Shown here: one piece after another, positions 47,660-60,860 of the stretch | Layout of the letters: each line of letters begins with the position of its first letter | How positions within the stretch are numbered: the first letter of the stretch is position 1 | From: Asterias rubens | Lineage: Eukaryota | Length of the DNA stretch: 64,000 nt | Reading direction: 5' to 3' | NCBI RefSeq assembly: GCF_902459465.1 | Contig: NC_047066.1 | Coordinates: forward strand, 21,762,001 to 21,826,000 | Translations under genes and position numbers: made by a program | The notes under the pieces: model-generated | The model's database searches: none | Seen by the model: only the letters and a program-made list of their open reading frames with translations | Told to the model about the DNA's origin: nothing

Positions 47660-49070
47660 GAGGGTATAGACGACCCGAAGCAGTCTAAAAAAGATGGGTG
47701 ACCTGGAGACTTACATTCGGGAGTGACCGTGGATATAGGAGATCCATTAGTCGGGAGAAGGGGTAGAGATGTCACTGATGTCTTGAGTTACGACGCCTAG
47801 GTGACTGAGGGTATAGACGACCCAAAGCAGTCTAATGGTGGGTGACAGGAGGAGACTAAAGGGAGGGGGTACCTAAGGAGTGACCGTGGATATAGGAGAT
47901 CCATTAGTCGGGAGAAGGGGTAGAGATGTCACTGATGTCTTGAGTTACGACGCCTAGGTGACTCAGGGTATAGATGACCCAAAGCAGTCTAATGGTGGGT
48001 GACAGGAGGAGACTAAAGGGAGGGGGTACCTAGGGAGTGACCGTGGATATAGGAGATCCAATAGTCGCGAGAAGGGGTAGAGATGTCACTGATGTCTTGA
48101 GTTACGACGCCTAGGTGACTGAGGGTATAGACGACCCAAAGCAGTCTAAATGGTGGGTGACAGGAGGAGACTAAAGGGAGGGGGGTACTTAAGGAGTGAC
48201 CGTGGATATAGGAGATCCAATAGTCGGGAGAAGGGGTAGAGATGTCACTGATGTCTTGAGTTACGACGCCTAGGTGACTGAGGGTATAGACGACCCAAAG
48301 CAGTCTAAATGGTGGGTGACAGGAGGAGACTAAAGGGAGGGGGTACCTAAGGAGTGACCGTGGATATAGGAGATCCATTAGTCGGGAGAAGGGGTAGAGA
48401 TGTCACTGATGTCTTGAGTTACGACGCCTAGGTGACTGAGGGTATAGACGACCCAAAGCAGTCTAAATGGTGGGTGACAGGAGGAGACTAAAGGGAGGGG
48501 GGTACCTAAGGAGTGACCGTGGATATAGGAGATCCATTAGTCGGGAGAAGGGGTAGAGATGTCACTGATGTCTTGAGTTACGACGCCTAGGTGACTGAGG
48601 GTAATAGACGACCCAAAGCAGTCTAAATGGTGGAAGACAGGAGGAGACTAAAGGGAGGCGGGTACCTAAGGAGTGACCGTGGATATAGGAGATCCAATAG
48701 TCGGGAGAAGGGGTAGAGATGTCACTGATGTCTTGAGTTACGACGCCTAGGTGACTGACGGTAGAGACGACCCAAAGCAGTCTAAATGGTGGGTGACAGG
48801 AGGAGACTAAAGGGAGGCGGGTACCTAAGGAGTGACCGTGGATATAGGAGATCCATTGGTCGGGAGAAGGGAGAGAGATGTCACTGATGTCTTGAGTTAC
48901 GACGCCTAGGTGACTGAGGGTATAGACGACCCAAAGCAGTCTAAATGGTGGGTGACGGGAGGAGACTAAAGGGAGGGGGGTACCTAAGGAGTGACCGTGG
49001 ATATAGGAGATCCATTGGTCGGGAGGAGGGGGAGCCAGATGTCACGGATGTGGAAGCTGACGTCTTGAGG
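47660..49070. repeat. About 159-bp minisatellite x9 (block 2)
   Basis: Same unit as block 1; the period varies with G-tract length. Confidence 0.95.
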
Positions 49071-51004
49071 TACGGTGTCGTGTTTGTGGATCTGGATGGC
49101 TTCTCGGATGTGTCTTGGGTGTCATGTCTTGATAGGGTGACAAGTTCTGCTGCTTTTGAGTCAACTTGTGAAATGTGCGAGTGTTAACGATGGCTCCTCC
49201 AGTTAGCATTCTCAGTAGAAGGCGAGATGGTCTTTAAATGCAGCTCAAACACTCGATGTCATCAAAACCAAAAGAAGATCCAATTTCCCCAAAGATTGTT
49301 ATCAGCGCAACACAAAATATGCACAAATACTGAAGCAGAATTTGAAATTTGGCATGATCTTTTCCTTAAGATCAAAGAACAACACGTTGATGAGTCGTTT
49401 CATCACCAGCTCTTTTTAGAACCACCACAACTTAAAAGACAGACTATTAACCACATTTGGTGTTATGATAAACCCTATAATTTAAAAATTAGGGCTACGT
49501 CACACGAGGCAATTTACAGGCAACCAGTTCCAGGCAATCTCCAAAAAGAAAGGCATTCACATTTGAATGTTCAAATATTTTTGGTGGCGATCGTAAGACA
49601 TTGTTTGAAAAATTACTCATGTGCTACCGAAGAGGTCCTGAAGCATGCACTGAAGTTGGTTGCCTCCAAGTTGCCTTTAAAGTTGGCTCGTGTGACAAGG
49701 CCCTTATACAATTAACTATGGTCAAGATTATTTAGTGTTCATTGTAAGATGAGGTGATAGACACTGGAGCTCCCTTGCGCTGCCTTCTCCTGAAGATGAT
49801 CAAGTTCATAACAATGGATCTTTCAGATGCACCACGTCTCCCATCAAGATTTACTTATAGTTGTACGCGAAAGTCTAACCTACAGTTTCTCTCTATTTCT
49901 TTCTGCTGTGCTGTTCACACAGTTCTCTAATACATGCCGACTGTTGATCACACTCTGTCTTTGATGGTACACTCTGCCGTCACTTGATTCTTGAAAGTCC
50001 AGATTTATTATGAAAATAATAGTTTCTTTCTTTCTCTTTTTGCTTTGCACTAGTATTGTCCACACAGTTCTCTATACGTCGTGCATTGATGACTGTTTAT
50101 CACGCTGTCTGTGACTTAAAAAGTTCCGAAATTGTTCAATGCTGTACTTTGATTCCTGATGTCCAGGTCGTCAATGAATGAAAACGTCGATCACAAAAGC
50201 TCTCTGTCCATCTTGAGTAATTTGAAGTTCATCAGTGTTCTGAAAATAAATAAATTTTGTTAAAAATTACTCAATACCAAAATCAGGCTATAAGGTAGGA
50301 CTTAAAACTTGACATGGTGATGGGTGCAATCAGGGTAGGTTTGCGGTAGCACCATGTTTATATCTCTTTTGAGTAGTGTTGGTTCTGAAAAGAATCGTTG
50401 GTTGACACCTCAATGTTTCGATCGTCTTTAGGAGAAATCAGACTGATAAAGTATTCACTGCAGGCCGTTTATTTGCAGAAGTGATTGGATACAACTCATG
50501 GAGCTGGTGATATGTTTGGCAGCAATTCCGTAAAAAGAGCCTCTTTTATTTTTGTTCATTTGTTATGCATAATCAACTTAGTATTTGTTGAAATGAATTG
50601 TTTCTGGGATTTTAGTTTTATCTTAATTTAAAATAGAGCGAGTTTTCTTCTGGAAAGAATAATCTCTTTTGTTAAAATTCCACTTTGTTGTTTATGATGA
50701 CGGAAACAAGAGTAATAATAATAACAAGTTTTTATATAGCGCTTTTCACACCCAAGGGCATCTCAAAGCGCTTCCAACATTATTACCCCTGGTCACTAAA
50801 TCATTCCTTAACCATCTCAACTCCATGGGGACAATTATTTGCACTACTCGGCTAAACCATTCACAAACACGATCTGCCCTCACAGGTACCCATTTATCCC
50901 TTGGTGTAGTACAACTTTCCAAGAAAATTCCATTTTGTTGCGGAAAAAGGGGAGCATTCTCTTAAATCTCACCTGTGTAACTAGAGTCCATGGCTCCATA
51001 CCCA

Positions 51005-51230
51005 TCATCATCATCATTTAGCGGTCGCAACCGAGATTCTATGCACAACGTTACTCCAGAGGTGTTTATCCCTCATCATGTTAGGAAGTCCACGATTTCA
51101 GCCTCTGTATCTCTCCCGATCACGTCGATGTAGTTGAGTGGTCGAGATCCTCTATTAGGGGACGTCAGTCTCCATACCCATCACTAGTAATAAGCATACA
51201 TCCAAACTGTCTATACGGCATCTGCACAAA
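51005..51230 (-). mobile_element. RTE-type LINE 3' end
   Basis: RGSRPLNYIDVIGRDT..MRDKHLW remnant followed by a (GAT)n tail. Confidence 0.6.
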
Positions 51231-51800
51231 GTTGGTGACAAAACATCTTATATTAAAACTTTAACTAAGTTCATTCTAATGACGGTGTTTTAGGTGTCAG
51301 AACCACATACACTGCACCTCAATTATAAACTGTGAGGCCAGTCAGGTTTGTCCCGACATTCTTTGCCACTGTTTCAGCAAAGAGAATATTGAAAAGCAAA
51401 CATCCTCGCTGATGGATGTGGGATCTAAAATATCCACGAGGAAAAAATACATGTTGTAGACAGGGTTTTAAAAAAGGTAAATTCTTTTGAACTTGGTCAA
51501 TTTTAACTTCAAAAGAAAGTAAAGAACTGGCTTGCTAGATTTGTTACGCCTTTCTTTGGCACTGTTTCAACAGAGAAGAAAATTTAAAAGTTAACATGTC
51601 TCGCTGCTGGATCCACAACTATCCACAAGGCAAAACTGCACATCATGTTATAGACAGGGTTTTAAAAGGGGTAATTCTTTAAACTTGTCAATTTCAACTT
51701 TAAAAGAAGGTAAAGAAATTCCACCAAGATCGAAGTACTTACATTGGCTTTCATTGCCTGTTGCCCGACTAACATCATAAGCTGTGCATCTCAACTGCTT

Positions 51801-53155
51801 GAATGCTGCCTTGTCTAACTCAAGATGAGAAAGAAGTAGTCACTGTCCATTGTAGTAGTCAGTGAACCTCAACTGTTGCATGAATGCTGCCTTGTCTAAC
51901 TCAAGATGAGGAAGAAGTACTCATTGTCCATTGTAGTAGTCGGTGAACCTCAACTGTTGCATGAATGCTGCCTTGTCTAACTCAAGATGAGAAAGAAGTA
52001 CTCATTGTCCATTGTAGTAGTCGGTGAACCTCAACTGTTGCGTGAATGCTGCCTTGTCTAACTCAAGATGAGAAAGAAGTACTCATTGTCAATTGTAGTA
52101 GTCAGTGAACCTCAAAGGTGGTGTGAATGCTGCCTTGTCTAACTCAAGATGAGAAAGAAGTACTCATTGTCCATTGTAGTAGTCAGTGAACCTCAAAGGT
52201 GGTGTGAATGCTGCCTTGTCTAACTCAAGATGAGAAAGAAGTACTCATTGTCCATTGTAGTAGTCAGTGAACCTCAAAGGTTGCGTGAATGCTGCCTTGT
52301 CTAACATGTCTAACTCAAGATGAGGAAACGTACTCATTGTCTATTGTAGTAGTCAGTGAACCTCAACTGTTGCGTGAATGCTGCCTTGTCTAACTCAAGA
52401 TGAGGAAGAAGTACTCATTGTCCATTGTAGTAGTCGGTGAACCTCAACTGTTGCGTGAATGCTGCCTTGTCTAACTCAAGATGAGGAAGAAGTACTCATT
52501 GTCCATTGTAGTAGTCGGTGAACCTCAAAGGTGGCGTGAATGCTGCCTTGTCTAACTCAAGATGAGAAAGAAGTACTCGTTGTCCATTGTAGTAGTCAGT
52601 GAACCTCAACTGTTGCGTGAATGCTGCCTTGTCTAACTCAAGATGAGGAAGAAGTACTCATTGTCCATTGTAGTAGTCAGTGAACCTCAACTGTTGCGTG
52701 AATGCTGCCTTGTCTAACTCAAGATGAGGAAGAAGTACTCATTGTCCATTGTAGTAGTCGGTGAACCTCAAAGGTGGTGTGAATGCTGCCTTGTCTAACT
52801 CAAGATGAGGAAACGTACTCATTGTCCATTGTAGTAGTCAGTGAACCTCAAAGGTGGCATGAATGCTGCCTTGTCTAACTCAAGATGAGAAAGAAGTACT
52901 CATTGCCCATTGTAGTAGTCAGTGAACCTCAAAGGTGGCGTGAATGCTGCCTTGTCTAACTCAAGATGAGAAAGAAGTACTCACTGTCCATTGTAGTAGT
53001 CGGTGAACCTCAAAGGTGGCGTGAATGCTGCCTTGTCTAACTCAAGATGAGGAAACGTACTCATTGTCCATTGTAGTAGTCAGTGAACCTCAAAGGTGGT
53101 GTGAATGCTGCCTTGTCTAACTCAAGATGAGAAAGAAGTACTCATTGTCCATTGT
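51801..53155. repeat. 81-bp tandem repeat x~16.7 inside a duplicated - strand exon-like block
   Basis: GAATGCTGCCTTGTCTAACTCAAGATGAG recurs at 51801, 51882, 51963 and onward; each unit has stops in all three - strand frames. Confidence 0.95.
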
Positions 53156-56100
53156 TGAACATCCTGATGATGGTGAAAAAGTCAAGGTACTCATGCTGTA
53201 AAGAATGCAAGAACTGATGGTCAGAAATGATGGTCAAAAAAGAATTATAACTACTAAAATTCAATCTATGTGTTTGAATACTCTCGTTATAAAAACAAAA
53301 ATAAAAAGGAAGTGTGATATATAAGCAGTCAAGTGGAGTTATATGAGAGAACGAGTAATTTCATACATAAGTATTTTTGTGTGACTAGTGTGAGGCCTAT
53401 AAGTTTTTCCCGTTGTTCTTTGCCACCGTTTCAACGAGGAAGAAAATTCAAAAGTAAACATGGCTTGCTGCTGGATCCAAAATATCCACAAGGCAAAACT
53501 ACACATCATGTTATAGATTTGGTTTTACAAAAATCAGTTAACTTTAAAAGAAGTTAACTTTAAAAGAAGGTAAAGAAATTCTACCAAGATGGAAGCACTT
53601 ACCATGTCATTCGTTGCCTGTTGCCGACTATCACAACTGGCGCATCTCATCATCATCAAGCCCAGCGCCATGTACAAGCTCTGTGTATCTCAGCTGTTGC
53701 TTGAATGCTGCCTTGTCTTACTCGTTGTCCATTGAAGAACTTCATGATGGTCAGATGGCGGTGAAGAAATCAAGGTACTCATGCTGTAAAGAGCGCAAGA
53801 TTTTTGGTCAGAAATGATGACTATTATTAATATTCAGCTATGCGCCTGTCTTTTTCTCGCTATAAAACCAAAGAGAAATTTGAAGCACTACTGAATAACT
53901 GTCTAGCTGATTAGGACACAAGTGTCAAAACAGTAACTTCAAACCCACATTCTGCTGTTCAGACCACCTTGGCCTATGGAGCTGCTTACCACACTGCTTA
54001 CCTTCTCTTATACGTCCCCCAAAAATCACGCACTACAGTGCGCTGTAAGCGCAGAGATCTGTTTTATGTTGTGCTACAAAATTGGAAGTTTGCAGTTACA
54101 CGTACCCCAAAGAATCACTTTCAGTGAGCTATCTGTCAAAAACAATGTTGTGAAATTTGAATTCTGCATTATGCACCAAAATAATCACACACTACAGTGT
54201 GCCAGAAGCGCAGAAGTCTGCTGTAAGCTGTGACTTGAAATTGGGCCCCAGTGGGGGGGGGGGGGGGGGGGGGGGGGGCGATGGAAGAAGATTGAATGTT
54301 TAAAGATTAAATGATTAAAGTCACCTGGTTGCAAAAAGAGTCAGGGTGAAGGGTTCTAATGATTTACATTAATACTCACTATGGTAAGTTGGCATCAGGT
54401 ACTAAATGCAGCTTTCTACTTGTCCAGACCTCCGTCCAAATACAGACACTCCGATGGCTTCCTGCAAAACTGACAAAACAAAATGTGTTAGTCACCATTT
54501 CAAAGTATTTCTTTAGATAGTTCCCACTTGACATAGCCAATATAGCCAATCTTTATAGCCAATAATTAACTATTTGAAACACAACTGTAAAGTGTACCAA
54601 GCATACATGTAAATACTGCATAAGGAACACAGGAGTTAAATCATGATTTGCCAGTGAGTGAACTACTTATTTGAGGAGGTAAAAATTAGAAGGCATCTCA
54701 AAAAACGCGACCCTATGAAACTGACAAAACTGAATTGAAAGTCGACAACAAAGGGGATTTACTTAAAAAAAATTGTGTTTAATAACAAATTTTCCAGAAA
54801 CACATAGAACCTGTCTGGCTTTTACAAAATTGTATCAATTATGATTTAATAGTTTAATCACTTTGACAAATTATTAACAAGAATGTTTTTTAATTGAACA
54901 AGCTAACAAACTTTCTCAACAATAACTTGTTTATTGATTACTTCATCAAATAACATCTTGTTTAAATCTAGTAATTTTTATAAACTTATCAAAAATGTAA
55001 ACAAGTTTTTAAAAAACAAATAAGTCTACAATAAACAACAAAAACATCAGAGAAAGCTCAGACTTTGATGTCATTCATTTTATTAATTTTATTTACTCTT
55101 TGGGTATAAGGTACATGTAGTTTAAGGCAGGCCTGGTTTAAGGTAACACAACTTTGTTAGTGTGAATACATTTAAAGCAGTAGAATTATATGGCACTTAA
55201 AATCAGAAGAACAAAAGAGAAAAAAAATACAAAGAGTTTGTTTGATGGAATGAATTTGCTTCTATTATGTCAAGATAAATTATTTGTGGGTATAAAAATA
55301 TACCGAGTAGAAAGAAGGAAAGCAAAATCTTTATGTTAAATGTAAAAAATTATATCTTCTGAAATGATAAATACTGTGACAAGCCAAACTGTTTCAAAAT
55401 TGTTCAGGTCATGACAGGAGAGTACTACTTTTTAGGACTTTACTCCCTCCAAATGGGTACTTTCTTATCTCAAAAACTAAACATTTTTAGACACATTTTC
55501 AAGTGATAAAAAAAGCCTGTATGAAAACTGAGTATTATGATTTAAGATTTAACAAAGTAAAACTTAATATTTAAAACAGATTACGCAGATCGAGAGACTA
55601 TGTTTTAGGATGGTACACAAGGGCCATTCTGTTTGTGTTTATTTTATTTTCACTGGTTACAATACAGCCCAATGATTATTCAACGCGGTACAAGTCATCA
55701 CACTATTTAACAAGACACACACATGGCAAGACTTTATACAACATACTGAATTAAATTATACATCATTTATTCGTGGCCAATTTGGAACAATATTACAAGC
55801 AGAGCACTGACTATTCAAGAAAGATAACTAATTTGAATGTAATTTTTTGCTACTGTTGTGTTGTACATTATGGAGAATAATTCTCTTCAGGCAAACAAAA
55901 TTAAATTTGACATGTAAAGATGTAGTGTTAAAGATGCTATGTCAGATTTTTGGCCCCAAACATTAAAAAATAGATTTTTTTGAGTGAATGGTGTTTCAAA
56001 GAGTATCACCCACTCTGACGAAAAAAACTTTAACTTTTACTTTTAATGGTCAGGAAACATGACAAAAATTTGAAACGTTTCTTATAAAACACATAAGAAT

Positions 56101-56761
56101 TGGTCACGTGGTATATTGTCGGGATCCCGTCAAAAACTAATTTTGAACACTTTATTTCACTGCTACTAACAATTGGCGGACTTTTTCGAGCAATGGCTCC
56201 AATGAAAGCTTGTAACTTTCTCGACCCCCATCAAAATACCTATTGAATTTTAAATCAAAATTTTTGGGTCAAATCGGCCAAAAATCTGACATAGCATCTT
56301 TAAGGGTACATGTAGTTCCATGACTCTCTTGTGAAATAAATTTATAAAGTGCAAAGAGGTTGTATCTCTACGCACGATTTTGCAACTATCAAAACGGCGC
56401 ATCTCAATTAACAAAATAACACTTTTGTACACAGCTTTTTCGTGCAAGAAACAACGTCAAGATACAATGTTTTTGCACTGACATGACGATAAGGTACTGA
56501 CTGACATGTAGAATTTCTCATAAAATCTATTTAAAGTTTGGCCCTGTATATTTGCTGCTCTGCATAATATTAAACTTAATAGTTGATAGTTTTGAGCTTG
56601 TGTTATATCATTAGGCCCGTTTTAGTTGATCAAGTTCTTGGCAGTTATACCTTATAACCAACTGCGACTATAGATGTATCCGTCATTATGCTAGTAAAGT
56701 AGGGTTCGTCCTGAAAAGTCCCGATGATCGTGTAGATTCCCAAGCTGGTGGTAATGAGTGA

Positions 56762-57345
56762 GCCATAGTAGTAGAAGTTGAGTGAGAGGTTGTCTTCAGC
56801 CGACGCCATCTCTAGAACCTCTGATGGTCGCCTTCAACACATCCTGGTCCAGCATCAGCATCCTCAGTAGTTGAGCGAGAGGTTGTCTTCAGCTGACGCC
56901 ATGGTCGCCTTCAACACATCCCGGTCCAGCATCAGCGTCCTCAGTAGTAGTTGAGGGAGAGGTTGTCTTCAGCCGACGGCATCTCGAGAACCTCTGATGG
57001 TCGCCTTCAACACATCCCGGTCCAGCATCAGCGTCCTCAGTAGTTGAGCGAGAGGTTGTCTTCAGCCGACGGCATCTCGGTCAACTGTGATGGTCGCCTT
57101 CCACACATCCCAGTCCAGCATCAGCGTCCTAGCTCAGTTGTTTCTTGTTGTGTTGCATCGACCAGGTTGAGGACCACCGGGACCACCGGGTGCCTCGCTT
57201 TTCAGTGCCATCTTACTACATCGTGTAACAACACCAGTGAGTTGAGCAACAGGTTGTCTTCAGCCAACGCCATCTCGGGAACCTCTGATGGTCGCCTTCC
57301 ACACATCCCGCTCCAGCATCAGCGTCCTCAGCTCAGTTCAGCTCA
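56762..57345 (-). mobile_element. About 5 tandem copies of an RTE-type LINE terminus
   Basis: Each ~90-bp unit reads ELRTLMLxRDVWKATIRGSRDGVG* followed by a short UTR; some copies end in a short (CTA)n tail. Confidence 0.6.
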
Positions 57346-58961
57346 GCTCAATTGTTTCTTGTTGCGAGCCTGTAGTAGAAGGAAACCTGTCACAGTGAAG
57401 ACTGTACCAATCAGGTGATGCTTGGCCTCATCAGGTCCTGCCATTTGTGTCCAAATGTAGAGAGGTAGAGGATGTCATCAACAGATGTCATCATCAATGT
57501 ACACACGCTTAAGTTCAGCTTAGATGGGGGTCAGGGGCACAACTTGGGGAGAATCATCAGAAAATACACAACATACAAAACAGGACAGTACAGGGGTTTA
57601 AACAAACTTATTATTATTATTATTATTATTTTATTCGCCATAACAGTACAAAACAAAATACATTGACATATTATACCCCAAGATGGGCAAGGGACAACAA
57701 AAGCAAATACATACTATGATCCGTAGATCTGTTGCCCCACATCTGGGGTACACAATAAAATTAATATAGATTTAACATAATATAGTACACAAAGCAATAA
57801 TAAAAGCAGAAAATTAAAAATCAATAGAATATGCTAAATATATATTAAGAATAAAAAATAAATTAAATTAAAAATAAATAAATAAGTAAAAATAACAGAT
57901 GGGGTAAGGATAAACAATAAAGGGAAATAAATAAATAAATAAAACCTAAACTTGTAGATAAATTAAAACGACTTAAAACAACAATTTACAATAAATATTC
58001 CATGGATTATGCTTTTATGTTTTTTTTTAATGCATAGCAGCATAGCTGAATTGCGACATACTTTACAATTATTTAAAATTATTACAATAAAAATGTCAAA
58101 GAATAATCTACAAATAATACCAGAATTAGAGAAAAATAAAAAGGAATTGTTTTAATTTAAGTGAAAATTTGTGGAAAAGGGCAACTTGGGCCGTTTCTAA
58201 ACCTACTCATCCTGCATTTAAAAATAGGCAAACTTTGGTTTTTGACAGAGTTTCATTAAGCTGTACTAGGGCACAGGGCACCTGTATATAATATCCAAGG
58301 AATGACAGTATAGGCCCTACAGTGGAGGTACTGACACAATTTTCATCAGCTGCACACATAAAACTAGAAGATATGTGGCATATATTTTTCAAACCCATGG
58401 ATGGCAAGTGATGAGGTGATCAGGCACTTCCACTGGAAAAATCTTTAACTCAATGGGAACCTTTGGAAGGGGAACCTACAATCCCGGCCAAAATGCTTGG
58501 GCCACCCTTTCCTAACATTGTATACAACGATTCCCTGTGCACTTCCCATTCACATTCAAAACATTTGTCCCCGCCCCCCGCTCAACGTTGACTGTAACTC
58601 AGAACACAATCTCAGAACTCAGAACACAACTCAGAACACAATCTCAGAACACAATCAGCAATTGGAACCAACATTGAAAGGGGGCAGGGGGGCCCAACGA
58701 GATATGGCCGGGATTGTAGGCCAAGACCAGGGGCAACAGAGGCCATGGCCTCCATTCAAGATATTAAATTTGGGGGAAAAATCTATTTGCCAAAAAATAT
58801 AGACTTGCCAAAAAATATAGACTTGACAAAAGTGGGTCTTCACTCTTCAAGCAAACGGTAATGATATATACAAAAGGTTTACTTACCAATATCCTTGTAT
58901 ATCCTTATATTTAGGCTCCAATGACGCTGGTTGTATTCATTCTTCACTTGTGGCAATAGAA

Positions 58962-59135
58962 CTGGAAGGCCAAGCTCAGCAACACCCTCAAGAGGCGACT
59001 CTTTATGGCAACAGACGAGTCAATGCTGCTCTACGACGCTGAAACATGGACCTTCCCTGTACAGCAAGAGAAATCCCTTGATGGTGTCTGGTATATTATA
59101 CCAGGATGCTGCGCATAGCACTTGACATCACCTCG
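58962..59135 (+). mobile_element. RTE-type LINE ORF2 fragment
   Basis: WKAKLSNTLKRRLFMATDESMLLYDAETWT..EKSLDG/YTRMLRIAL, a decayed LLYGxETWT motif with a frameshift. Confidence 0.75.
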
Positions 59136-60854
59136 AGAAATAGTCCCGAGTTGGTATAGAATAGACTATGCCCTCGCATCACAAAGTTGCAACAAACTCA
59201 GCACAACCTGTAAAAATGGAATAAACTTGAGTCCCAGCACAGTGACAGTGCACCCAAATCACAACGACACCTTTAATTTAGAAGTTTTTGGATAACTTTT
59301 CCTATGGCGCCACCACTTTTTCACTCATTTTTACAAAAAGGGATATCTCTTTGAGGTAAATTAGATACTATATTATTTCATATCGAATAAACAAGTGGTG
59401 GCGCCATACAGAAACTTTTCCTTTATTAACAAATGGAAAAGTGGTGGCACGATCGATACGGAAAATTCCTTCCTTTTTTGTAACAAAAATGAGTAAACAA
59501 GTCGTGGAGGCAGGATACTGAAAGCTTTCTGAAGTATACCCACAACAAGTTCTAAAGGAATCTGTACCAAGTACTCAATCATTGTCATTGAGTTTTTACT
59601 GCAACGCGCAAATAATCTGGAGATATGTGCATGGGCCTACATCATAGGTTTATCGCGAATAGCAAAATATCAAGAGAGGACGCTGTTGAACCCACACAAA
59701 GGTATAGGCGTTGCGTGTGCGAGTCGTAGAAACTGCATAGAAACTGCCCCTCATTCCTTCATACAATGCATTGTGTTTCTGAATCGCGATAAACCTTATT
59801 GACTGTATGTAGGATACATTATCGTACAAAATTCAACAATGGACGAAAACCACGCGAGTTTTAGATTAACAAAAATTAAGTAATTTCCCTTCCAGTTTTT
59901 ACAATTAATTACATTGAGTTAAGCCAACTTGAATACACAAATAGAAGGAGAAGAATGTTGGCATATATCCCTTCATGCCATGTGCTGATAATTTATTAAC
60001 AAAGTGACAAAAACTTACCAATTATTTAGGACGTTTCTGACTACAGCGGGACATGTGCAATTTTTTTCTGCAACTATAGCGCAAAGCATGCTGGTATCAA
60101 AGTTGACGTCACAAAGTTGGCCGTTTTCGAAACCATTGCTTCGGTTTCAGGCTCCGTACTCTTGTCTGAAGAAACACGCGCAATATATCTGTCAAAACAA
60201 CCGCGAGGCGGAGGTAGCCTGAGCCGAGTCTGGTGCCGAAGCCGTGGTTTCGAAAACGCCGCAATAACCGAAACGTCTGCGCGGTAGTTTCAAACAGACT
60301 ATTATTAGGGCGGCCGCCCCTCTCTGTCTACCCCTTGACTGCTATGTAAATTGATGCGTCGAATTTACATCTCAAGGCCCGGGGGTGTCACTTACTAGAA
60401 AGTCTAAGGTCTGTAAAAGACGTTTTAATCCAGGGGCCCAAGCCTTTTTTATACCTGTGTGCGTATTGCTTAACAAAAATAGGTTTCTGCTTAGCAGAGA
60501 AAATTGCTGAGCAAAATTTTTTGCTTAACAGCTTTAGTTTTATGAAATTTTCCCCTATTTTTTTATTTGCTTTTTATAAATAGGTTCTGTGCTTTTTATT
60601 TGATATTTGATTATATCGTCTTTTAATGCTGCCCTCAATAGGCCTTTTTAAAATAGATTATGCGTTTTTTTGCGATTTTGATGGTTGCAAAATTGTGTTT
60701 TAATGCCACCCTCTATAGGCCTTTTAAAAGAAGGCCTTGCGCTTTTTTTTAGAAAGCCTCATGTTTGTGCATGGATCATCATTTTTTTAATGCCACCCTC
60801 TATAGGCCTTTAAAAAAAAGGCTCTGCGCTTTTTTGAAAATTTAAAAGAGGTTC

Positions 60855-60860
60855 TTTATT
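60855..60860 (-). terminator. Candidate HIRA polyadenylation signal
   Basis: AATAAA on the - strand at the end of an AT-rich, UTR-like stretch about 1.8 kb past the HIRA stop. Confidence 0.3.

Noticed and set aside
49227-49715. 162-aa + strand ORF
   Set aside because: It spans duplicated spacer Y and an inverted-repeat MITE at about 49495-49705; the start is non-ATG and no domain is recognisable.
28317-53155. Regularly spaced repeats (34-bp, 37-nt units, 81-bp) as CRISPR arrays
   Set aside because: Eukaryotic intron-exon context, no unique spacers (the inter-unit sequence is itself repeated), and no cas genes.
54251-54278. Long G homopolymers (also at about 25353, 30124 and 34704) as functional G-quadruplex elements
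   Set aside because: They are common in this sequence and their lengths are unreliable in assemblies; there is no independent support.
56762-57420. LMLDRDVLKATIR resembles the P2X7-ballast/Nanor-like domain carried by some DNA transposons
   Set aside because: The diagnostic AAYRQ..W...LG..R...PSC motif and cysteines are absent. ELRTLMLxRDVW followed by a stop and a (CTA)n tail fits an RTE ORF2 terminus better.
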